This document shows positions 1-9,120 of a stretch of DNA of 64,000 bases, one piece after another. Position numbers and translations under genes: made by a program. Each line of letters opens with the position of its first letter. Position 1 is the first letter of the stretch. Source of the stretch: a virus (taxonomy: Duplodnaviria; Caudoviricetes); IMG/VR virus record IMGVR_UViG_3300049793_000123, positions 1,919 through 65,918 of that record; one strand, given 5' to 3'. The notes under the pieces are model-generated. The model saw only the letters and a program-made list of their open reading frames with translations. It was not told where the DNA came from and did not search any database.

Positions 1-141
1 CCACTCAACGGGTTTACCGCCGCGTAAAATTGACCATTCGAGGCTTCAACCCATCCGGAATCATGTCTCCGTAAGCGGTCCAGCAAGTCTAAGTTGTTCA
101 TACTCTTGGTTTGGTGTGGCTAGTGTTTTGACTGAACGCGA

Positions 142-354
142 TTAAACGGTTTCCTTGCACATTTTCACCTTGGCCCACAATTGCCGCGCCAAGGGCTTGA
201 TTTCCACCAACGACGTCCTGGCCTGGCGTCTGGTGAATCTCACCGCTTGCTCCCTTCCGCGCATCAGGAACCGCCTTCCAGTTGTGGTGTCGCAAAGATG
301 CATCACGTCGCCGTTTTCCATGCGGGCGGTGATTACGTAGCGGGCGGGTTTCAT
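142..354 (-). CDS. small hypothetical early-type protein
   Basis: ATG at 354 (MKPARYVITARMENGD...), part of a tightly packed leftward run of small ORFs. Confidence 0.5.
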   Translation of the reverse strand: MKPARYVITARMENGDVMHLCDTTTGRRFLMRGREQAVRFTRRQARTSLVEIKPLARQLWAKVKMCKETV

Positions 355-379
355 GTTCAAAGGGTGTTGAGTGTGGCCA

Positions 380-679
380 CTAAAGCCCGACGCTTTGAAG
401 CAACGCGACGACTTCGGCTTGGGTGCGGCCGGGGGTGTCGTTCCAAGTGCTAATCCAATCATGTGGCGGGATGGCGTTCCGCACCTCGGCGCGCGCGATG
501 TCGTATTTGTCATCGTCGCCGGGGAAACATCGGGCCAAGGCACCAAGCAGGCACCATTGGCAAGCGTGCGGACTGTTTCCATCCACCGTGTTATGGTGGC
601 GATCCAAGGCTTCCGCCTTTTGGCACCAAGCGCCCGGCTTCGACAGTAGCGCGCTAGGTTTGAGAGGTTGGGTTTTCAT
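380..679 (-). CDS. hypothetical phage protein (DUF6197-like)
   Basis: Pattern 'GAWCQ...WCLLGAL...WNDTPGRTQAEVVALL' is typical of this small phage family (recognised by eye). Confidence 0.6.
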   Translation of the reverse strand: MKTQPLKPSALLSKPGAWCQKAEALDRHHNTVDGNSPHACQWCLLGALARCFPGDDDKYDIARAEVRNAIPPHDWISTWNDTPGRTQAEVVALLQSVGL

Positions 680-911
680 GGGTTTTGGGGGTTTGCGATT
701 GGTTGGGAGGACAGCTTGGCAATGAGGGCGCTTGCGTGGCAGATAACGCACTTATGCTTTTTCCGGCCGCACCCAAAACCACTGGCAAATCACGGCGCGT
801 GATGCTGATGATTGTGTCATCCGTTGGCGGATGCTCTGATCTGCCCGCCGATCCGCAGATGGTTGCTGTGGATATAATAGCCTCCGCAATTTCAATGGGT
901 TTCATTTTCAA
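654..911 (-). CDS. hypothetical protein
   Basis: ORF in the leftward cluster; no motif. Confidence 0.4.
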   Translation of the reverse strand: MKMKPIEIAEAIISTATICGSAGRSEHPPTDDTIISITRRDLPVVLGAAGKSISALSATQAPSLPSCPPNQSQTPKTHENPTSQT

Positions 912-993
912 AAAAGTTCTGGCCGCGACATCCGATTGCCGCCCGAGGTGCGACTCGCGCCACTGATATGGCTCAGCGCGGTGGAAAAATTAG

Positions 994-1386
994 TCAGTCA
1001 ATGCCAAGAACGCGACGCTCGAATGCGTCTGATGCGGAAGCGTCGGCATGACTCAATCCGTTTTGCACGTCCGCGTCATGGTTTTCGCGGATGATTTGTT
1101 CTTGTTTCGTCCGCCAATTTTTACTCTTGTTCCAAGAAAATGTAGCCGGGTCAATGGGCTTGGTTTGGCGTCTCACCTCCTCGTCGTCTGGCATGGCGGT
1201 GACGAGCACTTTCTCGAACGCCCTGTAAGCGGCAAAGTCGGCGAACACGACGCGCAGCCAGCCCGTCTCGCACTTGAATACGCAGCCCCAAAATCCAGAC
1301 TCATGCGCCATTCCAATTCCAGCACTAACGAAACCGGGTTGGGTTTTGGCAATTGAGGTTATTTGCTCGGCGCGATCTGTTTTCAT
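994..1386 (-). CDS. hypothetical protein
   Basis: ATG at 1386 overlaps the upstream stop (ATGA coupling). Confidence 0.6.
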   Translation of the reverse strand: MKTDRAEQITSIAKTQPGFVSAGIGMAHESGFWGCVFKCETGWLRVVFADFAAYRAFEKVLVTAMPDDEEVRRQTKPIDPATFSWNKSKNWRTKQEQIIRENHDADVQNGLSHADASASDAFERRVLGID

Positions 1387-1604
1387 TTTGTCTGAGTTTT
1401 TGATCTCTCGCCAGTTCCGCTGGCGCACGGGTTTAACCGTTCCCTTGCGCCCCCGGAAAGGAGCGCGGCGCTTGCCTGCAAGCTCACCTCTGGCGTTGGT
1501 TGCTCCGGGCCGTTGGTCCGGCACGGGTAACAGACTGTGCGCTCGTGCGGCGTTTCCGTGATTGTGTCACGCCCGCATTGGGCACATGGCTTGAGTGTTC
1601 TCAT
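1383..1604 (-). CDS. small Zn-ribbon protein
   Basis: CAQC...CYPC; start coupled to the upstream ORF. Confidence 0.5.
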   Translation of the reverse strand: MRTLKPCAQCGRDTITETPHERTVCYPCRTNGPEQPTPEVSLQASAALLSGGARERLNPCASGTGERSKTQTK

Positions 1605-1834
1605 GACAATTTCGTGTAGCTTTTCCAATCGCCCATCTTGCCATCCGGCGTTTGCTCATAGGCGAACCAAGCTTTCTTTTCACGGGACCACACCAGCCAT
1701 TTGCGCTCGCGTGGATTGTAAAAGAAGTGAGGCTTCCCGCCGGTGGTAAAGCTCGCGGCCTTTCGGAAGCCATACGCCGCCAATGCCTTGGTGTTTCCCT
1801 TTTGCGCGAACGCGATTAATTCTTGGGGATTCAT
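1601..1834 (-). CDS. hypothetical protein
   Basis: MNPQELIAFAQKG..., aromatic-rich globular-looking ORF, coupled to the downstream ORF. Confidence 0.55.
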   Translation of the reverse strand: MNPQELIAFAQKGNTKALAAYGFRKAASFTTGGKPHFFYNPRERKWLVWSREKKAWFAYEQTPDGKMGDWKSYTKLS

Positions 1835-1845
1835 TTTTTGACTCG

Positions 1846-2130
1846 TTAAAGCCATGGGCCGATCGCGCTGTAATGGTAACGAGCGAAGCGCACCCATTTG
1901 CCCGCCACGCGCGTTTCAAGATAGCAACCGGCCTTGGACCGAAGTTGCGTCAAGTCTCCGCCAACGGCATTGCAGAGCGCTTCGATTGACTCAATCGCTT
2001 TCACTTGATCTTGCTGATAATAGTGAACCGGCAAGCTGCCAGCCTTGGGCGCAATGCCGAGCCGGGTTAGCCACGAAAAAGCCGCGCGGAGCTTGTTGTC
2101 ATCGGTCCAAATTTCAGGGGACAGATTCAT
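1846..2130 (-). CDS. hypothetical protein
   Basis: First ORF of the leftward cluster after a non-coding region. Confidence 0.55.
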   Translation of the reverse strand: MNLSPEIWTDDNKLRAAFSWLTRLGIAPKAGSLPVHYYQQDQVKAIESIEALCNAVGGDLTQLRSKAGCYLETRVAGKWVRFARYHYSAIGPWL

Positions 2131-2843
2131 GGGAGTTACTTGGTTGAATTTGTTTCGCGAGGTGTTTGATTGTCTTCACACCCTTGTCCCCGCGTGGCTA
2201 CCCGGTTCAATGGAGCGTTTACTAGGTGTCAGGACAGCGGAGGGGGAATTAGGACGCGTCCTAGGGCATTGTGGGAATGCTGAGTGATTCGCCTGGGTTA
2301 CTTTGGATTGAACTGTCAAGCATTCCTTGACGGTTGGAGATAGATGACCGTCTTGTAGCTGCCTAGCCTTGGACATTTGATGTCTAATGGTATGGCGACA
2401 GGATGACTCGTGTGGAATCTGCGTAAACCGTTGGTATTACGTTGTCGCGTCCCATTATCGGACACGGGTAGAGGTGTTAGGTATAACTGCGAGCTTGCTT
2501 CGAGTGATAAAGTCTCTCCTAAAAATGTTAGGCGTGCATATATACTACCCACCTAGTAGATATTCTTTGTTTTTCTCTTGAGACGAGAAACGACTGCGTT
2601 GCCTCCCAAGTCGTTGCAAATAAAGGTGTTGCAAGAGGCCGATTTTTGGCATCATTCAAGCTGTGGTTTGAATGACCCCCGGGGGTATCGCGGGGTCGGC
2701 CCCCTATGCGCCTGCGGTTTCGTATCCCCCCTTGCGCTACTTTTGGCCAAATCCCCTAAAACTTTCCTTGATCTCCACCTATCGCTGAATCTCGTGGATA
2801 TTGCCTATTGGCCTCAGCTTGCCCGTGGAGAGGTTTTCACGAC

Positions 2844-3008
2844 TCAATCCGCACATAGTGGCGGTTTTGCTTGCTGGTGCTCCATGAACTCAATGTTTTC
2901 GCGCAGGTAGGCCACGATCCCGGCCCTGGTTTTGGGGTCGAGCTTTCGATGATGCCGAATCTCGGTTCTGATTTTGGATGGAATCGGATTGGAATAGGCT
3001 TGTTTCAT
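2844..3008 (-). CDS. small hypothetical protein
   Basis: ATG at 3008 coupled to the stop of 3005..3262. Confidence 0.45.
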   Translation of the reverse strand: MKQAYSNPIPSKIRTEIRHHRKLDPKTRAGIVAYLRENIEFMEHQQAKPPLCAD

Positions 3009-3262
3009 TGGGTTTTTGATGGTTTTCGGTCGCGCGACCCCCCGTACTGTACCCTGATTCTTTTGCTCTGCCAAGGCACTATCACCGCCCCCAGCCCGTG
3101 CCTGATCATCTTGCCCAACACTCTCTCGGTGACCCATCCCGCATACCACTCGAAGGGTGGCCTGCAAGGGATCGACTTGAATCCCAGCACCCGGGGATCG
3201 TGCAGCCTGCGCTTGTATTTGGCGTACCGCAGGAGTTTGTGCCGGTGGGATTGTCTTTTCAT
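3005..3262 (-). CDS. small basic hypothetical protein
   Basis: MKRQSHRHKLLRYAKY... Confidence 0.45.
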   Translation of the reverse strand: MKRQSHRHKLLRYAKYKRRLHDPRVLGFKSIPCRPPFEWYAGWVTERVLGKMIRHGLGAVIVPWQSKRIRVQYGGSRDRKPSKTQ

Positions 3263-3855
3263 GGTTCTTGGCCCCGGATCGACCGTCTTTCCCTGCCTGC
3301 TTTCTCCCGCACCCTTCGGGGGTGGGGAGCGCATCTTCGCAGATGCTTGGGAATCGGGGGCCGGAGACATGAGGAGTTGCCGAAAGCACCCGGAGGGAGG
3401 GGAACCGACACCGACCCCCTGCAAAGGTTTGCAAGAGGTGGGTAGTCGGTTGGAAACAAGTGGAGTTGGCCGTGAAGCCGTCGATCAGGTCCGCTTACCA
3501 TATCTCGTCCTCGCCGCGCAGGTGCGGCATCAACCGTGGTCAGTTGTAAATTGATTGGCGAATTCCAAAAGGCGAGACTCCCGGACCCCGGAGGGTCCAC
3601 TGGCGGGTACGTGCATGAATTAGTTCCATGCTCACTGGGTGGCAGCACCATTAATCCCCTCTTAGCCGAATTGCCAAGGACTGCCTTGGGTGTTTTTTAA
3701 TCCTGGAGTCGTATTACCGGCTTTCGCCTGCCTTCGTCTATGCGTTGGCCTACCCGACCAGGTTCCGCGTGTGGTGATGCGCTCGACACGTAGAAACTTA
3801 TGTGCCGCTTATTTCTCACAACCAGAAGGCGAACGCAAGTAATTCTTGAAAAATG

Positions 3856-3883
3856 TTGACCGGAGGCAGGGATATGTCATTGT
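3856..3883 (+). promoter_or_regulatory. candidate sigma70-like promoter for the RNA ligase gene
   Basis: TTGACC-N16-CATTGT, preceded by an A-rich tract; same pattern as at 9085-9113. Confidence 0.35.
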
Positions 3884-3907
3884 CGCGTTGCGTTCGACAC
3901 CTTATGT

Positions 3908-3973
3908 GCCGCCTGCTGATCGAAAACCCGACTCACCCTTGGGCATATCAATCGACAGGCGGCTTTCTTTTTT
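3908..3973 (+). terminator. leader stem-loop with U-tract (terminator/attenuator-like)
   Basis: GCCGCCTG...CAGGCGGC followed by TTTCTTTTTT, 10 nt before the ligase ATG. Confidence 0.45.
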
Positions 3974-3983
3974 ACCATCATCC

Positions 3984-5078
3984 ATGTTTAAGACGATCCA
4001 TCACATCGACGACATCCGTGGCCCGGTAGCCCATAAACCGGAGATCAAGTTTCACCGCCAGCCAAACGGGGTGACCATTGGGTGCTACAACTTCCAGGAC
4101 TCTACCACCTTCAACTGTCCCGAGGCGCTGGAGTGCCGTGGCGTCGCTTTTGACGACGACGGAAAGATTGTGTCCCGGCCGCTGCACAAGTTCTTCAACG
4201 CCGGGGAGCGCGGGGAGATCGCCGCTGTGTTCGAGAAGGTCGATGGCAGCATGATCGCCACCTGCTGGGTGAACAAGGAACTGGGATTCAGGTCCAAGAA
4301 GTCGTTCACCTCCGACGTGGTGGAGTTGACTGAGAAGTTCCTCGCCGATCCCAAGAATCGGAACCTCGTGTCGTTTTGTGAGGAGGTGGCACGCAGTGGC
4401 CACACCGCGATCTTTGAGCTTACTCACCCGTTGGCCCGCATTGTGGTCGAACAGCCGGAGCCGCAACTCCGGTTGCTGCATGTTCGGAACAATGTGACGG
4501 GTGAGTATGTCCTTTTGAACCCGAAGCATCCGCTGCACATGCTGATTCGCTGGCGGAATATTCCGCTGGTGCATCGCTTCACTGGGCTGGCGCTGCGCGA
4601 CCTGTTCGAGTCACTGGAAACGATGCAAGGCCAAGAGGGTTACGTGATCCAGTTCACCGACGGCGACATGGTGAAGGTCAAGTGCTCGTGGTATCTCGAC
4701 CTGCACAAGGCGATCACTTTCCTGCGTGAGCGCGACATCGCTACACTGGCGCTGCACGAGGAGCTGGATGACGTGAAGGCGAAGCTGCGCGAGGCGGGGA
4801 TTGATCTAGCCCAAGTTGAAGCGGTGGAGTCAAGATTGATGGGAATCCTTTCCGGCTTGGTCGATCAGGTTCACTCCACTTACGATCACGACAGCTCGCT
4901 TTCGCGAAAGGACTTCGCGATCAAGTACCAGCACCACCCGCTGCGCAGCATGCTCATGTTGCAGTTTCAGGACCGCGACATCCAGTTGGCGAAGTGGTAC
5001 GAGAAATACCAGCTCAAATCAGATTTCGGGCTGCGCATCCTCGCGGACGGCGCGCGCCGTGAAGCTGTTGAGATTTAA
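3984..5078 (+). CDS. T4 Rnl1 (RnlA)-like RNA ligase
   Basis: ECRG..F, SRPLHKFFN, motif I EKVDGS, EGYVI, KVK - the hallmark motif order of the Rnl1 family; ATG at 3984 preferred to the track's TTG start. Confidence 0.88.
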   Translation: MFKTIHHIDDIRGPVAHKPEIKFHRQPNGVTIGCYNFQDSTTFNCPEALECRGVAFDDDGKIVSRPLHKFFNAGERGEIAAVFEKVDGSMIATCWVNKELGFRSKKSFTSDVVELTEKFLADPKNRNLVSFCEEVARSGHTAIFELTHPLARIVVEQPEPQLRLLHVRNNVTGEYVLLNPKHPLHMLIRWRNIPLVHRFTGLALRDLFESLETMQGQEGYVIQFTDGDMVKVKCSWYLDLHKAITFLRERDIATLALHEELDDVKAKLREAGIDLAQVEAVESRLMGILSGLVDQVHSTYDHDSSLSRKDFAIKYQHHPLRSMLMLQFQDRDIQLAKWYEKYQLKSDFGLRILADGARREAVEI

Positions 5079-5131
5079 TCCCACAGGGGCTTCTAACGCG
5101 CTTCGCCTCGCGCTTGGAGCCCCTCCTCATT

Positions 5132-5278
5132 TCAAACCGGATCAGCGCGCAGCTTTCGGATCGCCTGCTCCAGATTGTCCAACTCCTTGGTGATGCCGGG
5201 TGTCGAGCCAATATTCTCGGTTTTGATAAGCCGCCAGTATTTTTCCAGCAGCGCCTTGATGATCGTGTCGTCTTTCAT
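5132..5278 (-). CDS. 48-aa helical protein (below the ORF-track cutoff)
   Basis: Manual translation: MKDDTIIKALLEKYWRLIKTENIGSTPGITKELDNLEQAIRKLRADPV*. Confidence 0.45.
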   Translation of the reverse strand: MKDDTIIKALLEKYWRLIKTENIGSTPGITKELDNLEQAIRKLRADPV

Positions 5279-5318
5279 TGTTGACAAATCCTAACTGATG
5301 GGTTACTCACTGTCCATC

Positions 5319-5486
5319 ATGGATTGCCCCAAGTGCGGAAAAGACATCAACGTTGGCCGGCTGATCGGCAAGATCACAAGCCGGAAGAAGGCGGCTGCCA
5401 GCCGGGCCAATGGGAAGCGCGGGGGCAGGCCGAAGAAAACCATCAAACCCAATGAGCGAAGAAAACAAAAACAAGGCGCGCTTTGA
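5319..5486 (+). CDS. small basic Zn-finger/GGRP DNA-binding-like protein
   Basis: CPKC plus KKAAASRANGKRGGRPKK; TTGACA at 5281 upstream. Confidence 0.65.
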   Translation: MDCPKCGKDINVGRLIGKITSRKKAAASRANGKRGGRPKKTIKPNERRKQKQGAL

Positions 5487-6048
5487 CTACTGCGGATACA
5501 CGCTTGAATTCAATGAGCGTGAGGAGTCGTGGACGATCTTCGGAGGCGAAGGCGAGTTGACCACACACAAGAATTGCGCGCTGGCCAAGGAGCGTGTGGA
5601 CAAGCCGACGACTTGCTGGCGACTTTGGACAAGATCACACTCCCGACCGAATAACCTCATGACCCCCATAACCCGCCGCTCCTTCACCTCCCGCGTGGTC
5701 GCCGCCCTGGCGGGGTTGTTTGCTGGCCTGCCTGCGATGTGGGCGCGCACGCCAAATCCGTACAGGGGTGTGCTCGACGATGAGGGGCGAGAGTGGCATG
5801 AGTTTGTGGTGCGCCGACATCAAGTAGTTGTGGCCCGTCCAAAGGCCACTGGCATCCGGCCCATGGCCCTGAGAGACTGTCATTTAAGATGCATGGTCTC
5901 CGGCGGTGGAGGGACCGGGGTTGAAGTCCTTTTCTTCGACCAGCCGGGACGTGATGGCGAGGCTATTTGGAGACCGGCATCTGGGTTGAGGATTTACCGC
6001 CTCGAACACGGGCGCGAGGTTTTGTTCTGGCCGAAGGAGGGTGTGTGA
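5452..6048 (+). CDS. hypothetical protein, possibly two fused genes (second ATG at 5659 with a Tat-like TRRSF + hydrophobic stretch)
   Basis: Composition changes at MTPITRRSFTSRVVAALAGLFAGL. Confidence 0.45.
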   Translation: MSEENKNKARFDYCGYTLEFNEREESWTIFGGEGELTTHKNCALAKERVDKPTTCWRLWTRSHSRPNNLMTPITRRSFTSRVVAALAGLFAGLPAMWARTPNPYRGVLDDEGREWHEFVVRRHQVVVARPKATGIRPMALRDCHLRCMVSGGGGTGVEVLFFDQPGRDGEAIWRPASGLRIYRLEHGREVLFWPKEGV

Positions 6049-6377
6049 GCACTGAAAATAAACCAGCCAGCGTGCCGGATAAGCCGGGATATTACTGGCT
6101 TCGCTTCTTCGGTGAAGATGTCGCCGCCAAGGTCAGTATAAGAAATGGCGTACTGAAAGCCAGCTTTGGCGATTTGTCGGCACAGGTCATCACATTCAGC
6201 AATTGGCTTGGTCCAATTCCATCACACGCCGAGTCCAATTCTTGGAAAGAGGCGCTGGAGGCTATTGCGGCGGCCTCACAGGAAAGAACCGGCGTCTATC
6301 CAGATTACGACCTGTTCGCGGATAAAATACTGAACATCGCCAAGAACGCCCTGAGCGCGAAAGGAGAGGGCAATTGA
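6045..6377 (+). CDS. hypothetical protein
   Basis: GTGA coupling; PDKPGYYW...WLGPI motif common in small phage proteins. Confidence 0.6.
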   Translation: MSTENKPASVPDKPGYYWLRFFGEDVAAKVSIRNGVLKASFGDLSAQVITFSNWLGPIPSHAESNSWKEALEAIAAASQERTGVYPDYDLFADKILNIAKNALSAKGEGN

Positions 6378-6661
6378 CCAAAGAGCGACAAGAACAGTTG
6401 GAGACGATTCAGCCGGGCATTAACGCTTACCGCGCGCTGACTGAATGCCTCGACGCCATCCGCCAGCGGGACTCCCAACTCACCGCCGCGCTCGGCCGCG
6501 AGCGGGTGCTGAAAGAGAAGGTGGAACACTGGAAAAATATGGCCATGAAATTTAGCGTGGACGAGGCCGGTCTTTGTCAAAGGTGCTTCAACTGGGATGG
6601 TGAGCACGCCGCCAATTGCGAGACGGGCCAAGCCTTGTCTGAAACGGAGGAAAAGAAGTGA
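6374..6661 (+). CDS. coiled-coil hypothetical protein with C-terminal CxxC..H..C
   Basis: GGAG RBS; start coupled to the upstream stop. Confidence 0.6.
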   Translation: MTKERQEQLETIQPGINAYRALTECLDAIRQRDSQLTAALGRERVLKEKVEHWKNMAMKFSVDEAGLCQRCFNWDGEHAANCETGQALSETEEKK

Positions 6662-6764
6662 CCTCTGAGTGCGACCTCTGCCACGACTATTTCCAAGACT
6701 CCGACCTTGAGTGGTCTGGCACGCAGTGGTTGTGCTCCAAGTGCCGGTGAGTTACCATCCCCTC

Positions 6765-7076
6765 ATGACCATCCAACAACTCCAGCCCCCCCAACTCCTC
6801 CAAGAGAATCGGAATCTCCGCCAACAGGTCGTCGGCCTGATTGCCGAGAACAACCTGCTGCGCGCCCAGGCTGTCCCGCCAGTGGCTCCGGTTCCACTGT
6901 CCATGCGGGAAGGCATACTTCGGAACGATGCCGATTCCAGCGGGCTCCTGTTGCTGGCGATCATGAAGGCGGCGAAGATGCCATCGGACGGGGGGCTCAC
7001 GGCCAAGGATTTGCCCGTGTTCGTGTCCGGGCTGGTGGTGGAATTGGAGAAGTTGCGCAAGAAGGTTAAAAAGTGA
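6765..7076 (+). CDS. coiled-coil hypothetical protein
   Basis: ATG at 6765; heptad-like N-terminus. Confidence 0.5.
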   Translation: MTIQQLQPPQLLQENRNLRQQVVGLIAENNLLRAQAVPPVAPVPLSMREGILRNDADSSGLLLLAIMKAAKMPSDGGLTAKDLPVFVSGLVVELEKLRKKVKK

Positions 7077-7497
7077 GGCGACATTTCTCATTCAGACACC
7101 GGCCAGACATCCACCGCTCGGTGCCCCATGTGTCAAACTCAATGGTAAGCCAGAACGCGCCACACTTGGGGCATTCCTGTTCCGCCTTCCGTGTCATTAG
7201 GTCTGGCTCCATGCCTTGAAGGTGTGGCAACCAAAATGAAGCAGCCTTGGTCATGGCCTCGACATCCGCGCGGAACTCGGCGAGGTATTCGGCCTTTTCC
7301 TTGGCCAGCCGGTCGTCTGGAATGAACTCGCACTTGGGGCACGCGGCCCGGCGCTCTGACATGGTGAATGTGTTGCCGGTCATGAACACGCACGGCACGA
7401 TCTCCGCGCTGCAAACACTGCCGTAGCACACATTGGCCGCGCACCGATACTGATTGGTGCTGGTGAAGTGGCGGCAGTCTTGGGTTTGGTCTCTCAC
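7066..7497 (-). CDS. Cys-rich Zn-binding hypothetical protein
   Basis: GTG coupled to the upstream stop; several CxxC pairs. Confidence 0.5.
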   Translation of the reverse strand: MRDQTQDCRHFTSTNQYRCAANVCYGSVCSAEIVPCVFMTGNTFTMSERRAACPKCEFIPDDRLAKEKAEYLAEFRADVEAMTKAASFWLPHLQGMEPDLMTRKAEQECPKCGAFWLTIEFDTWGTERWMSGRCLNEKCRLTF

Positions 7498-7814
7498 TTG
7501 CCCTCCATTTCCTTGACGTACCGAATGAACCCCTTGGCGAACTCGTAGCCCTCGCGCTGCTTGGCTTCTTTCCACGCATCGGGGTCGGACTTCAGTGTGA
7601 ACCCAATCAGCTTTCCACTCGCGTACATATGCCCCGTGTTGGTGTCCGTGTAGTTGAGTTTTGGATCGAACACCTTCCGCATGTCCATGACGTGATAGCC
7701 CAGCAGTTGGAGGCCGACTCGGGAATCCTCGGTCGCGGATTTGGCGCGCTTCCAAGATAACGCGGAAATGGCCGACGCGGCGGACATCAGGACCACCAAG
7801 ATCGCGAATCTCAC
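7494..7814 (-). CDS. hypothetical protein with N-terminal hydrophobic segment
   Basis: GTG at 7814 with GGAGG RBS; MRFAILVVLMSAASAISA. Confidence 0.55.
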   Translation of the reverse strand: MRFAILVVLMSAASAISALSWKRAKSATEDSRVGLQLLGYHVMDMRKVFDPKLNYTDTNTGHMYASGKLIGFTLKSDPDAWKEAKQREGYEFAKGFIRYVKEMEGK

Positions 7815-8116
7815 TTGGCCACCCTCCAAAACCCCGTCTTCACGTCGAGTATGAGGGTGAGCTTGCGCCCCCACTTGGTGGCCTGCGCGTAGTCGTTGAT
7901 CTGGCCGAGGGTGAGGTCGCAGTCGGCACCGGACTCCAGCTTGGAAATGTGGCCTTGGGTTACGCCCAGAGTCTTGGCGAGTTCCAACTGCTTGTTTCCG
8001 TTCGCAATCCGCATGCACGCCAGCGACGTGCAGACGCGGCTATTGGGCTTCAACCGGTGGAGATCACGCTCGGCAGGGTCGATGATGCGCGCCTTGAGTG
8101 TTGGGGTGGTTTTCAA
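7811..8116 (-). CDS. XRE-family helix-turn-helix regulator
   Basis: KQLELAKTLGVTQGHISKLESG. Confidence 0.8.
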   Translation of the reverse strand: MKTTPTLKARIIDPAERDLHRLKPNSRVCTSLACMRIANGNKQLELAKTLGVTQGHISKLESGADCDLTLGQINDYAQATKWGRKLTLILDVKTGFWRVAK

Positions 8117-8301
8117 AGTCGGATAATGACCGCGATCTGGTTGATGTCGATGTGAAGGATGTTTGGGCCTTCAACACCGTCGAGCTTGTAGCCGTGGAAC
8201 TCGGTGGTCTCGGTGTTGAACTTGCAAGTGCAACTCTCAGCCTTGATGTCGAAGTGAGCACCACCCTTCAGGAAGAACCGCCACTTTTTAAGGTTGTCCA
8301 T
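8113..8301 (-). CDS. small hypothetical protein
   Basis: MDNLKKWRFFLKGG...; coupled to the HTH gene. Confidence 0.55.
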   Translation of the reverse strand: MDNLKKWRFFLKGGAHFDIKAESCTCKFNTETTEFHGYKLDGVEGPNILHIDINQIAVIIRL

Positions 8302-8395
8302 GCGGTGACAGTATTCCACCTCGGAATTTATTCAAGGAAAATGTTTGACTCGATTATTCCAAGGCGTAATGTCGGTGGCGAGACAGAAAGCCATC

Positions 8396-8653
8396 ATGAC
8401 CCTCCTCCACATCATTTGGGAAGACTCCCACCACCGCTCGGGATGGACCGACGAGCGCGAGCCTGCCAAGCCTATGGTGATTCACTCCATCGGCTGGCTG
8501 GTTAGTGAGACGGATACCGCCATCACCCTCAGCGCGAACGTGGAGCACACTGAGTCGCAGTGGTGCTGCGAAATGACAATTCCGAAGCGGTGTGTCATAG
8601 CGCGGCACGAACTGGATCAGCGGCTTCTGAACGGTGCTCCTGGAAGGATTTAA
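8396..8653 (+). CDS. conserved small phage protein (W.D...GW...S.GW family)
   Basis: IIWEDSHHRSGW...HSIGWLV...TIPKRCV; TTGACT-N16-TAATGT upstream at 8345. Confidence 0.7.
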   Translation: MTLLHIIWEDSHHRSGWTDEREPAKPMVIHSIGWLVSETDTAITLSANVEHTESQWCCEMTIPKRCVIARHELDQRLLNGAPGRI

Positions 8654-8695
8654 TAAAATGGTCGAACGCTATCGGTTCACACGACTAACACTTGG

Positions 8696-9034
8696 TTAAA
8701 CGTTCTCCACTTCCAACCCCAAGGCGTGGGCATTGCGAGCCACGAACAAACCCAACGCCGCGTGCGCATCTCGATGCTCCATTTCCGCGTATCCTTTGGG
8801 CTGGCCGTCCAGCCAGAAGTCCACATGAAAGCCTTGAACGCGCGGAGTGAAACGAATCTTGATATGCTGGCGAGTCGCGGACAGCAGCTCGTTGCGCTCT
8901 CGGACGGCCAGCAGGAGACCGCCCACCTGATCGGAAGGGTTGATCTCGCCTGCCTCCCATTGGCGCAGCGTGGCACCAATTTGGGCGGATGGGGTGGGGT
9001 GGGTTTCGGAGGGTGCTACAATTGCTGGTTTCAT
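8696..9034 (-). CDS. hypothetical protein divergent from the XRE gene
   Basis: ATG at 9034. Confidence 0.5.
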   Translation of the reverse strand: MKPAIVAPSETHPTPSAQIGATLRQWEAGEINPSDQVGGLLLAVRERNELLSATRQHIKIRFTPRVQGFHVDFWLDGQPKGYAEMEHRDAHAALGLFVARNAHALGLEVENV

Positions 9035-9084
9035 ATTTTTGAAACGTAATCGCGCGGGGAATGTGTGGCAAGTGAAATTCGTGG

Positions 9085-9113
9085 TTGACAGTTCTTTTAA
9101 CAAAACCCATTGT
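9085..9113 (+). promoter_or_regulatory. candidate sigma70-like promoter (possibly leaderless transcript of the XRE gene)
   Basis: TTGACA-N17-CATTGT ending 7 nt before GTG 9121. Confidence 0.45.
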
Positions 9114-9120
9114 CGGCCAA

